NCBI GenBank assembly: GCA_963715195.1
Contig: CAVQRT010000017.1
Coordinates: forward strand, 1-42,842
DNA length: 42,842 nt
DNA from: Thermodesulfovibrionales bacterium
GTDB taxonomy: Bacteria > Nitrospirota > Thermodesulfovibrionia > Thermodesulfovibrionales > SM23-35
Direction of reading: 5' to 3'
In this document: positions 1 through 13,600 of the stretch, piece by piece
Numbering within the stretch: position 1 is the first letter of the stretch
Layout: each line of letters begins with the position of its first letter
Program-made: the position numbers and the translations under genes
Notes under the pieces: generated by a model
The model's input: only the letters and a program-made list of their open reading frames with translations
The model's database searches: none
Told to the model about the DNA's origin: nothing

Positions 1-2
1 AT

Positions 3-221
3 CACGATGAGTTCTTTGTAAATTTCAAAAATCCTGATTTTGTGAAACTCGCGGACGCATTCGGGGCGAAAGGCATACGCATCTCATCGGAGCATGAGCT
101 CCTCCCCTCCCTCAGACACGCATTTTCCGAATCCGTTCCTACAATCATCGATTGCCCGGTCGACTATTCTGAGAATCTCAGGCTCACCGAAAAGCTCGGG
201 CGGCTTATCTGTCCCACATAG
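3..221 (+). CDS. Acetolactate synthase large subunit (TPP enzyme), 3' end only
   Basis: Manual translation from base 3: HDEFFVNFKNPDFVKLADAFGAKGIRI...PTIIDCPVDYSENLRLTEKLGRLICPT*. NPDFVKLA.AFGAKG and IDCPVDY are typical of the TPP-enzyme C-terminal domain. The 5' part lies outside the window. Confidence 0.85.
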   Translation, partial: HDEFFVNFKNPDFVKLADAFGAKGIRISSEHELLPSLRHAFSESVPTIIDCPVDYSENLRLTEKLGRLICPT

Positions 222-236
222 GGATGCAGGTTTTCT

Positions 237-575
237 TTATTTTTTCCCGAGGATCTTGAGAAAAATAAAGCGTGAAATTATTTTCCCTTCCTCTTCCGTA
301 ATTTCTTTTTCTTCAAATCTCGGCATCGACCCTTTTGGATTTCTCATCGCGGTCAAAACATCCGCAGGTTCATGCACATTCTGAAGCCTGCTGCCTTCAC
401 GGTGACAAGGTATACAATGCTCATTGAACAGTTCCTCGCCCTTATCATCCTTTGTTGCTGCTTCCTGAATCGTCTCCGGCACTTCTGCCGATTTCTCCTG
501 TTGACTGCAGCCCGTTAAGCAACACAGAGCCATCATCAACAGCACTGAGAATAGAATTGTTGCCGTCTTTTGCAT
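237..575 (-). CDS. Monoheme c-type cytochrome, probable lipoprotein
   Basis: Hydrophobic N-terminus ending in lipobox LTGC, heme motif CIPCH, distal Met in GSMP. Confidence 0.85.
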   Translation of the reverse strand: MQKTATILFSVLLMMALCCLTGCSQQEKSAEVPETIQEAATKDDKGEELFNEHCIPCHREGSRLQNVHEPADVLTAMRNPKGSMPRFEEKEITEEEGKIISRFIFLKILGKK

Positions 576-680
576 CGCTTCTCCCCTTTCTCCATGTTTT
601 CCGCAGATGGGAATAATCTACACCTTTTCAGAAGATCCTGCAATGCACCGTTTCACTGTGGGGTTCACAGGCAGAACAGG

Positions 681-1224
681 CTAAAAGCCCGATACCCCGC
701 CTGACACAATGAACGTCATTACCTTCCCGCTGTCAATTGCGAGCGGGGTTACCCGTTCTCTGGGACACAATGATAAGATTCCCTGCAAAGTTGTAGGATT
801 GGGGAACATACACCGACACACTGCCTGCCATGCCGATGTCCTCAAGGCTCTCCCTCGTGACAAACCCGACAACCTGGACCTTTCCTTCAGCCACAAGGTC
901 AAGCAGTACCGGCTTATCAAACCGCTTTTTTTCGCCTACAAACGCATTCACGAGGTCTTTGATCGCCGAATAGACCATCTTCACAATCGGCATGCGGCTG
1001 AACAGATTGTCGATCAGCCTCGCAGCACCCCTCGCAAAAAAAGTCGAGACAAGAAACCCTGTGACTGTGACAAGGGTTAATGTGATCAGGAATCCTATTC
1101 CCGGAATTGAAACTCCGGAAACCCTGTCAACCGCTGAGACAATCAAATATAAGACGTACAGCGTCACGATGATCGGAGTAAGAAACAAAAGACCCTTCAA
1201 AAAGTATTTTGTGAGTGTGTTCAT
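681..1224 (-). CDS. DUF502 family membrane protein (one frameshift near 760)
   Basis: ORF 733-1224 has two TM helices, MPIVKMVYSAIKDL and VYVPQSYNFAGNL. The expected tail PRERVTPLAIDSGKVMTFIVSGGVSGF* is in the frame of ORF 681-920. Confidence 0.8.
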
Positions 1225-1319
1225 TCAGACTCCTCCGTTGTTTTGATATGATTTCAAGTATATTCTAGTTTTTTTTTCGGATACAAAACAATGCGTTGAG
1301 TGTTTTTATTCCTTAAACA

Positions 1320-1349
1320 TTGTCTCTGTGTATTCAAATAGCTTACAAT
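1320..1349 (+). promoter_or_regulatory. Putative sigma70 promoter of the phosphorylase gene
   Basis: TTGTCT-18 nt-TACAAT, ending 8 nt before the ATG at 1358. Confidence 0.4.
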
Positions 1350-1357
1350 ATCCAGTC

Positions 1358-3079
1358 ATGATATCCGCTTGTGTACCCGAACTGACGAAAGAAGCCAAGA
1401 TCGGAATATCTCTGATGGAAATAGGCATACAAAACGACATCCCGACTTACAGCGGGGACTCGGGGTGCTTGCCGGTGATACGATCAGGACAGCCGCAGAT
1501 CTCAAGCTTCCCATGGTCGCCGTGACCCTCCTTTGCAAGAAAGGGTATTTCAGGCAGCAGCTTGACAACCACGGAAAGCAGACAGAGCACCCTGTACAAT
1601 GGAACCCTTCCAATTATATGACACTTCTGCCTGTCGGGGTCACCGTTCAGATCGAAGAGCGGGATGTGCTGGTACAGGCATGGCAGTACAATCAAAAGAG
1701 TCTCACCGGCGGGCATATCCCAATTCTCTCTTCTCGATACGGATATCGAAGGGAATACCGCTGAGGACAGGAAAATCACCGCATATCTGTATGGAGGCGA
1801 CCTTGACTACCGACTGAAGCAGGAGGTTGTGCTCGGCATCGGCGGGGTGAGGATTCTCCATGATCTCGGCTTCGAGATCAAAAAATACCACATGAACGAG
1901 GGACACTCAAGCCTTCTTACCATCGAGCTCCTCAAAATGTTCAAAAGACAGATAGAAGACGTATGGGATGAAAAACTGATCTGGGATGTCCAGCGTGTCA
2001 AAGACCTGTGCGTCTTTACCACCCATACCCCTGTCGAGGCCGGCCATGACAAATTCCCCTATGACCTCGTTCGGAGAATCATGGGTGAACCACTTCCGTT
2101 GGACGTGCTCAAGAAGCTCGGGGGTGAGGATAACCTCAACATGACCCGGCTCGGGCTGAACCTCAGCGAATTCATTAACGGGGTCGCGAAAAAGCACGGG
2201 GAAGTGTCGCGTAACATGTTCCCCGGGTACGAGATAAGCGCCATCACGAACGGGGTCCATTCATTCACATGGACCTGTGACAGCTTCAAAAAACTTTTCG
2301 ATGAATACCTCCCGGGCTGGGCAAACGAACCAGAGCTTTTTGTGAGAGTCGGCAGAATCCCTGATGAGGACGTCTGGACTACTCACATGAAGGCGAAAAA
2401 AATCCTCCTTAAGTACGTAAAGGCACAAACCGGGGTTGAAATCAGCCCTGACATCCTCACACTGGGATTTGCGAGGAGAGCAACCGCATACAAAAGAGCA
2501 GACCTCATCTTTACTGATATCCAGAGGCTGCTCCGGATAGGGGAAGGGAAGATGCAGATCATTTTGCGGGGGAAGGCGCATCCAAAGGACGATCCGGGAA
2601 GCAGGTGATCGAGAAGATATTCTCTATCAGCGAACAGCTCAGGGAGAATATTTCTCTGGCATACCTGAATAATTATGACATGGATATTGCGCTCAGACTC
2701 GTTTCGGGGGTTGATATCTGGCTGAACACCCCCCTGCGTCCGCGTGAGGCATCGGGAACGAGCGGGATGAAGGCATCGCACAACGGGGTCATGAACTTTA
2801 GTGTGCTCGACGGGTGGTGGATTGAAGGTCATATCGAAGGCTTCACCGGCTGGTCAATCGGGCCAGCCCCGACAGAAACAATACTGGTCGAAAACACTGA
2901 CATCGCTGTTGATGCAGAGGACCTCTACAACAAGCTCGGAACAGACCATCATACCCCTCTATTACGAAAACCGGACCATATGGATAAGAATGATGAAGAA
3001 TGCAATCGGAAAAAACGCCTATTATTTCAACAGCCACCGCATGATGCGACGTTACGTCACAGAAGCATACATACGGTGA
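1358..3079 (+). CDS. glgP: Alpha-glucan (glycogen) phosphorylase, GT35, split by ~4 frameshifts (probably sequencing indels)
   Basis: Consecutive frames give MEIG...PTYSG|GLGVLAGD, HMNEGH, FTTHTPVEAGHD, ITNGVH, FARRATAYKR, GKAHPKD, EASGTSGMKA (PLP lysine) and FNSHRMMRRY. Frame switches near 1457, 1725, 2600 and 2940. Confidence 0.92.
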
Positions 3080-3091
3080 TATTTTTTTTCC

Positions 3092-4346
<1,255 letters not shown>

Positions 4347-4789
4347 TATTTACTCCGCAAAAAAAATGAATTTGTCATCTCCCTGCCCTTTCCCTTCACG
4401 GCACCCGCCATTATTCTAACGGTATCCACGCAAAAAAAACATCATACATGATCAGTCATATGCGTTGAATATTACCCTGACTCACGATGAATCCTCACGA
4501 AATTCCATTAGGAAGTCATTTAGGGGGTTAACCGTAAACTGGATTCTGCTCTGGATTTCTAAATATCTGTTTGATTTACAAGGCTTTTTTTATTCTGTAT
4601 TTTCCAATATATTCTGCTACAGTCGCATTCTAAGCATTGCACGGCAAAATACGCACTGCTTGGGGCTTTGATGAGAATGCATCCTACACATAGAAGAAAT
4701 CAGCAGGCTGAAAAATCCTGATGTCTGTTGATTCCTTCTTGCAGTCCGCAAAGCAAAATCCATAAAAGAATCTGCAGGTTAATAATAGA

Positions 4790-4802
4790 AATCAATAATT
4801 TA
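4790..4802 (+). promoter_or_regulatory. IHF-binding consensus
   Basis: AATCAA-TAAT-TTA matches WATCAANNNNTTR exactly. Confidence 0.5.
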
Positions 4803-4820
4803 AAAGTTTATCAACCCTCA

Positions 4821-4854
4821 GGACATAATGCCAATTGCATAGGGAGAAATGCCA
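4821..4854 (+). promoter_or_regulatory. Tandem candidate enhancer (bEBP UAS) sites
   Basis: GGACATAATGCCA and GGAGAAATGCCA, with the AATGCCA cores 21 bp apart, about 60-90 bp upstream of a sigma54 box. Confidence 0.4.
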
Positions 4855-4909
4855 TTATAGCCTCAATCTCCAGGTATGCAAATATCCATAAAAACAACAG
4901 GTTATATAC

Positions 4910-4925
4910 TGGCATCTGTTTTGCA
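4910..4925 (+). promoter_or_regulatory. Sigma54 (-24/-12) promoter
   Basis: TGGCAT-CTGTT-TTGCA with correct GG/GC spacing, upstream of the GGAGGT RBS and ATG at 4982. Confidence 0.7.
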
Positions 4926-4981
4926 TTTTATCTGTAACGGTGATTCATAAATATATATTTTGAAGCGAAAGGGAGGTAAAT

Positions 4982-5236
4982 ATGGAGTATAGAAAGATTC
5001 AATTGGAAAATAAAATCCATGAAATGTACCCAGAAATTTCAAAACATAGTATTAAGTCAAGTCTTGATTTCGATGAAAACAAGCATGCGTATATTCTGCA
5101 ATTCAAAAAAGATACACATAAACTGACAACGCACCTTAAAAAAAAGGATGCAGATGATTGTATGAACAATGTCAAATGTGTGTATCTTGGCGTACAAATC
5201 GGGCAATTCATAAAGAATTTCGAATCAACAGGATAA
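4982..5236 (+). CDS. Small hypothetical protein (84 aa)
   Basis: Strong RBS GGGAGGT. C-terminal motif ADDCMNNVKCVYLGVQIGQF. Function unknown. Confidence 0.75.
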   Translation: MEYRKIQLENKIHEMYPEISKHSIKSSLDFDENKHAYILQFKKDTHKLTTHLKKKDADDCMNNVKCVYLGVQIGQFIKNFESTG

Positions 5237-5438
5237 TAACCTTTATGTGAGTTTCAACTAAGCAGTATCTAAACGGAAAGAGGGCTGGAATATGTCCCTT
5301 TTATCTGAACGACAATATGTTCAGAAAACATATTCATCTAAGGAAGTCAGTATTGGACTCTTACCAGAATCTTTAGATAACTAAATGATTATTAGTTCAA
5401 TACTTTTAAATCACACAATACAAACAAAGGATTTGAAA

Positions 5439-5873
5439 ATGAGTAAGACAGACAGAACTTATAAAGAATTATTAGACCTCATTAATGAATTGCAATCCTT
5501 ACAACATAATAAGAATGAAACTCCAAAGAAAATGGTCAGAAAGCCACAGTCATCCCAGAATCATTATGAAATTAAGAAGAATAATGTACTGCAAAAAAGG
5601 AAGACAACAAAATCAATGGCAGATGCAAACACAAATTATATCAAAGGAGATGAGAATTCCTTTGAAGCAATCCTCCAATGCATGAAAACATTAGTGGATT
5701 TTTATCCAAAACATATTGAAAAAGAGGATAATCATTTTTTTCTCCCAGTAATGGAGTATTTTAGCGCAGAGGAGAAAGAAACAATGTTAGAAGAAGGATA
5801 TCTGTTTGACCAGAAGCTCATTCATGATAAATATAAAAATATGGTCTTACAAACAGAAGCGCTTTTTAAATAA
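5439..5873 (+). pseudogene. Hemerythrin (HHE) domain protein remnant, C-terminal half only
   Basis: LVDFYPKHIEKEDNHFFLP and LIHDKY give the second HxxxE motif. The first H/HxxxE motifs are absent and replaced by an unrelated N-terminus. Confidence 0.6.
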
Positions 5874-5900
5874 TAACTTTCAAAATCCTAAGGAGGTATA

Positions 5901-6470
5901 ATGAACCCGGTACTTGAGGCTATACATAAGAGACGTTCGGTAAGATCATATGAGTCTAAGACTGTTTCTAAAGACATTATAGAAACTATCGTCCAGGCAG
6001 GAAATGAAGCTCCTTCTTCGATGAACTATCAGCCTTGGAGGTTTGTTGTAGTAGAAGATAAGGAGATTCATCAGAAACTACTACAAATAGCACTACCGAA
6101 GGCAAAGAATCTTTTCGATACCATTAAAGCAAAAGACCCGACACGTTATGAATCAATCATGAAACGCTTTGACGAGTTAGAAGACCCGGTTTATTATGCT
6201 GCCCCTGTAATAGTATTTATAATTGGACAGGGAATATATGCAGACCATTCATGTCCTCTTGCCTGTGAGAATATAATGCTGGCAGCCTATTCATTAGGAT
6301 TAGGAAGTTGTTGGGTAGGTCTTGGATCAATGATTGCTGATAATGCGGAAGCAAGAAATATTCTTGATTTAAAGGACGATGAAAAAATATTTGGTCCCAT
6401 TATTATGGGCTATTCCAAAGCATATCCCGAAGCACCGCAAAAGAAGGACCCAGAGGTGAAGTGGCTTTAA
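5901..6470 (+). CDS. Nitroreductase family protein
   Basis: RRSVRSY, APSSMNYQPWRFVVV, ENIMLAAYSLGLGSCW. RBS AAGGAGGT. Confidence 0.93.
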   Translation: MNPVLEAIHKRRSVRSYESKTVSKDIIETIVQAGNEAPSSMNYQPWRFVVVEDKEIHQKLLQIALPKAKNLFDTIKAKDPTRYESIMKRFDELEDPVYYAAPVIVFIIGQGIYADHSCPLACENIMLAAYSLGLGSCWVGLGSMIADNAEARNILDLKDDEKIFGPIIMGYSKAYPEAPQKKDPEVKWL

Positions 6471-6497
6471 GCTTTTTCATAAATAGGAGAGAATTTA

Positions 6498-6596
6498 ATG
6501 GCAAACAATCAAAATTTGATTAAGATATTCGAATACGCATCAAATCAGGAGGAAACAGGGAAAAGTTTTTTTCAGGAATCCCTCTTTCAAAAGTGA
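6498..6596 (+). pseudogene. Truncated ferritin-like/rubrerythrin gene (first helix only)
   Basis: RBS TAGGAG then MANNQNLIKIFEYASNQEETGKSFFQESLFQK*. The A..QEE.G..FF pattern resembles helix 1 of rubrerythrin-like proteins. Confidence 0.5.
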
Positions 6597-6731
6597 TCGA
6601 TTCATTCAATAATCTAAGAAAAATGAGGTTCATCAATATTCACATGTTCCTAATATTTCCTTCTTCATATCTATATATTTTTCTTTTATTCTTAAATGTA
6701 AGAAAATCATTTTATCTCTAAAGGAGGAAAC

Positions 6732-7136
6732 ATGAAAACAAAAGTGGGATTGTGGATTGATCATAGGAAGGCTGTTATCGTAGCTGTTACAGACATAGGG
6801 GAAGATATAGGGCTGATAATATCGAAGGCTGAAAAACAGCTTCGCCGTTCCGGTGATTCACCTCTTAAAGGGTCCTATGAATCATTACAAATACCGGCAA
6901 GTGACAGGCGCCAAAGAAAGTTAACGGGACATCTCAACATTTTCTACGATGCGGTAATTGCGAGTATTCGTGATGCAGAAGCTATTCTGATTCTTGGTCC
7001 TGGTGACGCAAAAGACGAACTGAAAAAACGTCTTAAAAGAAACAACCTTGCTGGACGAATCGCAGGTATTGAGACAGTTGACAAGATGACTGATCGTCAG
7101 ATTGCTGCAAAAGTTCGGAAGTACTTTTTGAAATAG
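6732..7136 (+). CDS. Hypothetical protein, eRF1-domain-2/host-attachment-like family
   Basis: GLWIDHRKAVIV, ILILGPGDAKDEL, ETVDKMTDRQIAAKVR. RBS AAGGAGG. Confidence 0.65.
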   Translation: MKTKVGLWIDHRKAVIVAVTDIGEDIGLIISKAEKQLRRSGDSPLKGSYESLQIPASDRRQRKLTGHLNIFYDAVIASIRDAEAILILGPGDAKDELKKRLKRNNLAGRIAGIETVDKMTDRQIAAKVRKYFLK

Positions 7137-7182
7137 CTGGCTGGCGCAGTAATCCTGACAACTGTAGATGTGAGAAAGGTTA

Positions 7183-7338
7183 ATGATGAATATAAGCTTT
7201 CCGGAAACACCGTCATCAGAGGAATGTGCAAGTGACCTGCTCCAAATCATTGTACGACTTCTAAAGCAAGTCTTTTTGAAAAAAGTACTGAAAATCGACA
7301 GTATCATGAATGGGCGGGCCTCTCAGGTTAAGTCTTAG
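7183..7338 (+). CDS. Possible 51-aa small ORF
   Basis: GAAAGG upstream then MMNISFPETPSSEEC...SQVKS*. No recognisable motif. Confidence 0.2.
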   Translation: MMNISFPETPSSEECASDLLQIIVRLLKQVFLKKVLKIDSIMNGRASQVKS

Positions 7339-7637
7339 CTACTACATCGAAACAAAATGTATCCAATTGTTTAAGTTTCATTCACTGAAGCACTTTAAAT
7401 AGGCTATAAGAGCAAAGTTGATACTCACTTAAAAAATATTAACAGCAATAGAGCCTCAAGTATAGCTAAAAATTAGAACATATAATGATGGTGTCATTTT
7501 TCATTAATATCTTATCGTCTGGTCGTTCTTAGAACGAAACACTAAAAATTGACAAAAGAATAGGAGAAGCTGGAGGCAGCAACCATAATAGCAATATGGT
7601 GAGTTAAGACTTTGCTTCTAAAAAGGAGGCCTCAAAA

Positions 7638-10600
7638 GTGAAGGTGAGCAGTAAGACTATTCGTTGGAAATTATTCCATTTACGGAAAGGTCCTCGCGGA
7701 GACCACTTGACACAAAAGTATGCCCGAGAAGAACGACCGCTGCGATCGGAACTCTTCAGTAGCGATCAGATGGAACAGCATGGCAAAACACTGGCAGGCT
7801 TGCATAAGTTAGGTCTGGTGCGTGCACGGGGCAAGCTGCTGAAAAGGCTGGCTGAAAATGAAAGAATCCTAATTGAAGTCCGCAACCTACTGCAGGATGC
7901 GGTTAAGACATATCGCCGGATTACACCGGCTGGAGAATGGCTGCTCGATAATTTCTATTTAGTCGAAGAACAGATTCATACGGCCAGGCGACACTTGCCA
8001 AAAGGTTACAGCCGTGAACTGCCTCGCTTGCAGGACGGCCAATCGGCAGGGCTTCCACGTGTGTATGACATCGCTCTGGAGACAATCTCGCACGGCGATG
8101 GGAGGATAGATTCTGAAAGTCTCAGCAGCTTTGTTACAGCCTACCAGTCCGTCACTTCACTAAAGTTGGGAGAGTTGTGGGCGATACCTATTATGCTACG
8201 CCTGGCATTGATCGAAAATCTCCGCCGCATTGGAACACGCATTGCTGCTGATATAATAGACCGAAACCTTGCCGACTATTGGGCCGACCAGATCACGGAG
8301 ATTGCCGAGAAGGATCCGAAGAACCTGATTTTGGCAGTTGCTGATATGACACGCTCGAACCCGCCGATGGTGAGTTCATTTGTTGCAGAATTTGCACGCC
8401 GATTGCAGGGGCAAGGGCCCGTGTTAGCAATGCCTCTCACCTGGATTAAGCAGCGTCTCTCCGATCACGGACTGACGATTGAACAGTTAGTACAATCGGA
8501 AAGTCAGCAACTGGCCACCGACCAGGTTTCCATAAGGAACAGCCTCAATAGTCTCCGTTTACTTGGCGCGGTAGACTGGCGCGAGTTCGTTGAGCAACTG
8601 AGCGTTGTTGAGCAGATACTGTGTGAGGATCCAGCTGGTGTCTATCCCAAAATGGATTTTCTCACCCGCGACAGATACCGTCACGTTGTAGAAAAATTGG
8701 CAAAGACTAGCGAGCTATCCGAAAGCGAGGTAGCACGTAAAGCGATCCATCTGGCGCATAAAGCTGCAGACAGAAAAGGCAATAATAATCGAACGGCACA
8801 CGTTGGCTTTTATATTATAGATAAGGAATTGACAGAGCTCGAACGAATAGCCAAGGTGCGTCTTTCCCCCCTGAGAGCTTTTCAGAGAATGGGTCGCAAG
8901 TTTGCTTTGTTTTTCTATCTTGGCACGATCACTTTGACTACGCTGGCCTTCACCGGGGTTTTGTTGTCGGTAGCGTACAACAGCGGGTTGCATGATTGGC
9001 TATTTGCGCTGATTGGTATCCTCTCTCTGCTATGCTCAAGTCACATTGCAGTAGCAATGGCAAACTGGATGGCAACGTTAATGTCCAAGCCGCACGTGTT
9101 GCCTCGAATGGACTTTTCCAAAGGAATTCCTTCTGAATCGAGCACACTGGCTGTAATTCCCTCTATGCTCACAGGGGTTCAGAACATCAAGAAATTGATC
9201 GAGGCGCTCGAAGTCCGTTACCTGGCAAATCAAGACAAAAACCTGTACTTTGGTCTACTGACTGATTTCCGGGATGCACACGCGGAAACTATGCCGGATG
9301 ATGAAATGCTGTTAGAACTAGCCCGGGAGGGAATCACAGATCTGAATGAAAAGTACAGGAGTGTAGAAGGTAACATTTTCTTCCTTTTTCACCGTCCACG
9401 CAGATGGAATCCTCAGGAGCGGGTCTGGATGGGTTACGAGCGTAAGCGAGGGAAGCTCGCTGCATTGAACGAGCTTCTGCGAAGCGGTCCACATGGTACC
9501 TCTAATGATCACTTCTCACTCATCGTTGGTAATACGGACATCTTATCAAATGTGAAGTATGTGATTACCCTTGACACAGATACACAACTGCCGCGTGATT
9601 CTGCGTGGCAGTTTGTGGGAGCAATGGCGCACCCTCTCAATCGTCCGCGGTACGATAAAGACAAACAGCGTGTCTCCGAGGGGTATGGCATCCTTCAGCC
9701 ACGTGTTGCTGTGAGCCTTGTGGGCATGAACCAGTCGCGGTATGCGCACTTGTTCGGTAGTGAGCCAGGCATTGACCCGTACACGCGTGCCGTCTCTGAC
9801 GTTTACCAGGACCTCTTTCACGAAGGGTCGTTTATTGGTAAGGGGATTTATGATGTCGATGCGTTTGAGCGAGCACTCAGTGGGCGCTTTCCCAAGAATA
9901 GGATTCTCAGTCATGATCTTTTGGAAGGATGCTATGCAAGAGCAGGGCTACTTAGCGATGTACAGTTATACGAAGAATATCCATCTGACTACAGAACAGA
10001 TGTGAGCCGTCGGCATCGCTGGATTCGCGGGGACTGGCAGATTGCTCGCTGGCTGCTGTCAGCCGTTCCGGGTTTCAGTTGTCACCGCCAGAAAAATCCG
10101 CTATCCAACCTGTCGCAATGGAAGATCTTTGACAATCTTCGTCGCAGTCTCGTGCCTACGGCGCTTATACTACTTTTGCTGCTAGGCTGGACACTGTTGA
10201 CACCGTTTTCGATATGGACTTTAGCAGTAATCGGAATAATCCTGATTCCTTCGTGGATTGCCTCTTTAGTTGAATTACTTCAGAAGCCGAGCGATGTGCT
10301 GCTCAGGCAGCATCTGGCCACCGCGGTGCGCTCAGCTGGCCGCTACTCTGCTCAAGCGGCATTTACGCTCGCATGTCTACCCTACGAAGCCTTCTTCAGT
10401 CTTGATGCGATTCTGCGTACGGCATGGCGGCTCATCATTCGCAGAAGACTCCTGGAGTGGAATCCTTCGAGCCAATCCAATCGCATGAGACGTACAGAGC
10501 TCATTGCATTCTACCGAAGGATGTGGATCTCACCTCTTATTGCTTTTGCTGCGCTTTTCTATTTAACGCTTTTAAGACCGGACGCACTGGCAGTAGCCGG

Positions 10601-13600
10601 GCCAATACTGGCTATCTGGGGTACCTCTCCTGCTATCGCCTGGTGGATCAGTCGGCCACTTACCCGCCGCCGTGCAAGGCTGACGACTGACCAGACCATA
10701 TTTCTTAGGAGGCTTTCCCGAAAGACGTGGGGGTTCTTCGAGACGTTCGTCGGTCCGGAAGATCATTGGCTTCCTCCTGATAATTATCAAGAGTATCGTA
10801 TTGCAATGGTCGGACATCGCACTTCTCCGACCAATATGGGGCTTGCGCTGCTCGCGAATCTTTCTGCATACGATTTTGGCTATATAACAGCCGGACAGCT
10901 TATTGAGCGCACTGAGCATGCATTTCACACAATGAGAAAACTGGAGCGACATCGAGGTCATTTCTACAACTGGTACGATACTCTCACTCTGAAACCGCTT
11001 CCGCCTAAGTACATTTCGACGGTGGACAGCGGGAACCTCGCGGCCAGTCTGATTACATTACGCCCGGGGTTACTCGAACTTGCCGATCAGAAAATTATAG
11101 GAGCACGGTTGTATGAAGGGCTTAGCGACACGATAAGAATTCTTCTGGACGTTGAAGAAGGAGCATCTTCCGCTGAACTCGCTCGACTTCAGAAAGATCT
11201 GGCGTTTGCGTGCGATTCCCGGCCAAACACGCTCACGGCCACAAGACTCTGCCTCGACCGGCTGTTGACATCGGCTGAGGAGGTGGTAGTCAACTTTAAT
11301 GATAACTCTAAGAGTCTCACAAAGTCGTGGGCATCTGCCCTCATCAGGCAATGCCAAGACGCCCTAGATGAGCTGACGTTTCTCGCTCCGTGGACATCGC
11401 TGAAGAGTGTTCCAAAGAGGTTCAGCGACCTTCCAGACATCTTTGATATCCCCACACTACGTGAACTGGCAAAACTTGATATGGAGTTGATGCCTGCAAC
11501 CAAGCATCAACTCAAATTTGATACCACACCTGAGGAAAGGAAATGGTTTGATGATTTGCGAGCGCTCGTTACAGAGGCAAGCCAGCGAGCCAGAGCTAGG
11601 ATTGCGAAAATCGACCTTCTTGCCCAGCAATCCAGCGAATTAGCCCGTATGGAGTATGATTTTCTGTTTGATGAGACTCGGAATCTCCTAGCTATCGGAT
11701 ACAATTTTGGTGAGCGTCGCCGGGACGAAAGTTACTACGATTTGCTGGCTTCTGAAGCGAGGATATGCACTTTCGTCGCGATCGCACAGGAACAACTACC
11801 GCAGGAGAGCTGGTTTGCGCTAGGGCGCTTACTTACGACTGTCGGTGGAGGACCGATTCTCCTTTCATGGAGCGGTTCGATGTTCGAGTACCTCATGCCA
11901 CTCCTGATGATGCCAACCTATGAAAATACGCTTCTCGACCGCACCTGCAAAGCAGCGGTGAAGAGGCAGATCGAGTATGGAAGACAGCGCGGAGTACCGT
12001 GGGGGATGTCGGAATCGGGCTACAATATGGTCGACATTCGTCTCAACTACCAGTACCGTGCCTTTGGCGTGCCTAACCTTGGACTGAAACGTGGACTCTC
12101 CGAAGATTTGGTTATTGCTCCTTATGCTTCGGCTCTGGCACTAATGATGGAGCCCGAAGAGGCGTGTCTGAATCTGCAGCGACTCGCCAAGGAGGGGCTG
12201 GAAGGAAAATACGGCTTCTATGAAGCAATCGACTACACTCCCTCACGTCTACCCCACGGGCAATCGAGTACCGTTGTTCGCTCTTTCATGGCTCATCACC
12301 AGGGCATGACTATCCTCTCTCTGGCTTATCTGCTCCTGGACCGTCCGATGCAAAGACGATTCGAGTCGGATCCCTTGGTCCAGGCAACCACACTGTTACT
12401 CCAGGAACGGGTTCCAAAGGCTACGACGTATTATTCTCCCGCTGAGCTCTCTGATTTACATATGATTTCCGGTGGAGCGGAGACAAGAGTGCGAGTTTTC
12501 AGTAGCCCGAGCACGCCAATTCCTGAAGTGCAGTTGTTATCAAACGGCAGATACCACGTGATGGTCACGAATGCAGGGGGCGGTTATAGCCGTTGGCAGG
12601 ACATCGCTGTCACGCGCTGGCGTGAAGATACTACCTCAGACAACTGGGGCATGTTCTGTTACCTTCGCGATATAACGAGCGGGGAGTGCTGGTCGAACGC
12701 ATATCAGCCGACACTTAAGCACTCGGACAAATACGAAGCGATATTTTCAGAAGCGCGAGCTGAGTTCCGACGTAGGGACTACGACTTCGATACGCATACG
12801 GAGATTACTGTTTCGCCCGAGGACGATATAGAAGTCCGCCGAATCACCATCACCAATCGGGCAATGACACGCAAAGCTATAGAGGTCACAAGTTACGCGG
12901 AAGTCGTTCTCACATCGCCAACCGCGGACGCTCTGCATCCGGCATTTAATAACCTCTTTATTCAAACTGAGATTCTCCCTCAACGCAAAACGATTCTGTG
13001 CACTCGCCGTCCCCGTTCTTTCGGCGAATCCGTGCCTTGGATGTTTCATCGGATGGCCGTGCATGGGGCAGAAATCAGAGAAGTTTCCTATGAGACGGAT
13101 CGCTCGAGATTCATCGGCCGCGGAAACAGGGTCACCAATCCCCAGGCAATGAGGGAATCCGCTCCGCTCTCTGGGAGTCAAGGCTCCGTGCTTGATCCGA
13201 TTGTCGCGATCCGTCATCACATAATGATTGAACCGGAAAAAACGGCAACGATCTATATTGTCTCTGGAATCGGAGAGACCCGCGACGCTGTCTTAACCCT
13301 TGTTGAGAAATATCAGGATCAGCGTCTCGCGGATCGCGTCTTCGATCTGGCATGGACCCATAGCCAAGTTGTTTTGCAGCAACTCAACGCTACAACAGCC
13401 GATGCACAACTTTATGAACACCTTGCGGGTCCGGTAATTTACGCCAACTCCTCGCTACGTGCCGACGCGAGTGTTCTTATAAGCAACCGCCGTGGTCAAT
13501 CTGGGTTGTGGGGCTATTCCATTTCAGGCGATTTGCCGATCGTGCTGCTGCAGATTGGAGACCCGGAAAATATTGATCTGGTGCGTCAACTCGTCCAGGC

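Noticed and set aside
4465..4937. Short ORFs 4465-4671 and 4728-4937
   Set aside because: TTG starts without an RBS in AT-rich DNA that is better explained as regulatory sequence.
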